From assembly GCF_964204645.1 (NCBI RefSeq), contig NC_134034.1, positions 4,171,814-4,235,813 on the forward strand: 64,000 bases of DNA, read 5' to 3'. How positions within the stretch are numbered: position 1 is the first letter of the stretch; each line of letters opens with the position of its first letter. The notes below the pieces were generated by a model. That model made no database searches. It was not told the origin of the DNA and saw only the letters and a program-made list of their open reading frames with translations. Of this stretch, positions 63,363 through 64,000 are shown piece by piece. The position numbers were made by a program, and so were the translations under genes. This DNA is from Tubulanus polymorphus. Its lineage: Eukaryota; Animalia; Nemertea.

Positions 63363-64000
63363 ATTAAGGGAGATATTTCAGTGAACCATACACACTTCAC
63401 GAAATCGAATCGTCTGTCCGGATGGGTCGAGCTCCTCTTCTTCACGGCAAAACACTTTTTTATGAAGAGGAATATGCCCATTAAAGTAGAGGGGCAGATA
63501 ATCACGAAAAATGTCGAGTATTGAATAAATTATTCCACCGACACTCGGTTTGCGTGGATTTTTCGGACTATGTAACGGACTTGTTACAGCTGGAAACCCT
63601 TACCTGCCAGGTGTTTGATTCAAACACGGAAATGCAATAAGAGGCATTGGTTTTTTTAAGCAACATGGACGGGAGTAAAAACGTTTATATGATGAAGAAT
63701 GGAACGAAATACGTTTTCGATTTGAATCTAAGACCCCGAAATTGATACTTCAGTGTGGGGGAAATGGTAGCATATTCACTGATGAAATAACTTTGTCAAT
63801 TTCTCCCGCATCGAACATGTTAGAATTGGGCAAGGTGTGCGGTGCTTTGGCAAGCAAGGTTCGCTAGTAGATATTCGGGCGCCCTCGTTCGTTGTAGTCT
63901 ATATATCTATCAAATCTGAATGGACTTTTCTCTTTGGACAAACGCATCAATTATTCATTAACTATACCGGTGTCCTAGTAGAAAAATGAAAGTATTATAT

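Overview
Eukaryotic (probably marine invertebrate) genomic DNA, mostly repeats and intergenic/intronic sequence. The dominant feature is an AT-rich Polinton/Maverick (adintovirus-like) endogenous virus at 1690-14649. It has ~620-bp terminal inverted repeats and a perfect 6-bp TSD (TCTTTA), and is inserted into a 52-bp minisatellite. It encodes a decayed HNH endonuclease, an rve integrase with chromodomain, a truncated packaging ATPase, a probable major capsid protein, a block of membrane proteins and only the N-terminus of pPolB (two internal deletions). Each terminus contains a ~410-nt fold-back palindrome whose arm substitutions all form G-T wobbles on the 3'-terminal strand, suggesting self-priming hairpin ends. 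Most of its genes start in a TAAATG context. Also present: an intronless bacterial-like HemK-type methyltransferase gene, the 3' end of a Gypsy-type LTR element with a chromodomain and an F-type env gene, and a 5'-truncated Penelope-like element. There are many minimal hammerhead-ribozyme motifs (several in short TSD-flanked inserts, one tandem trimer), numerous MITEs, a SINE, microsatellites, a 1.2-kb polypurine tract and one probable host coding exon. All calls are from reading the sequence by eye; no searches were run.
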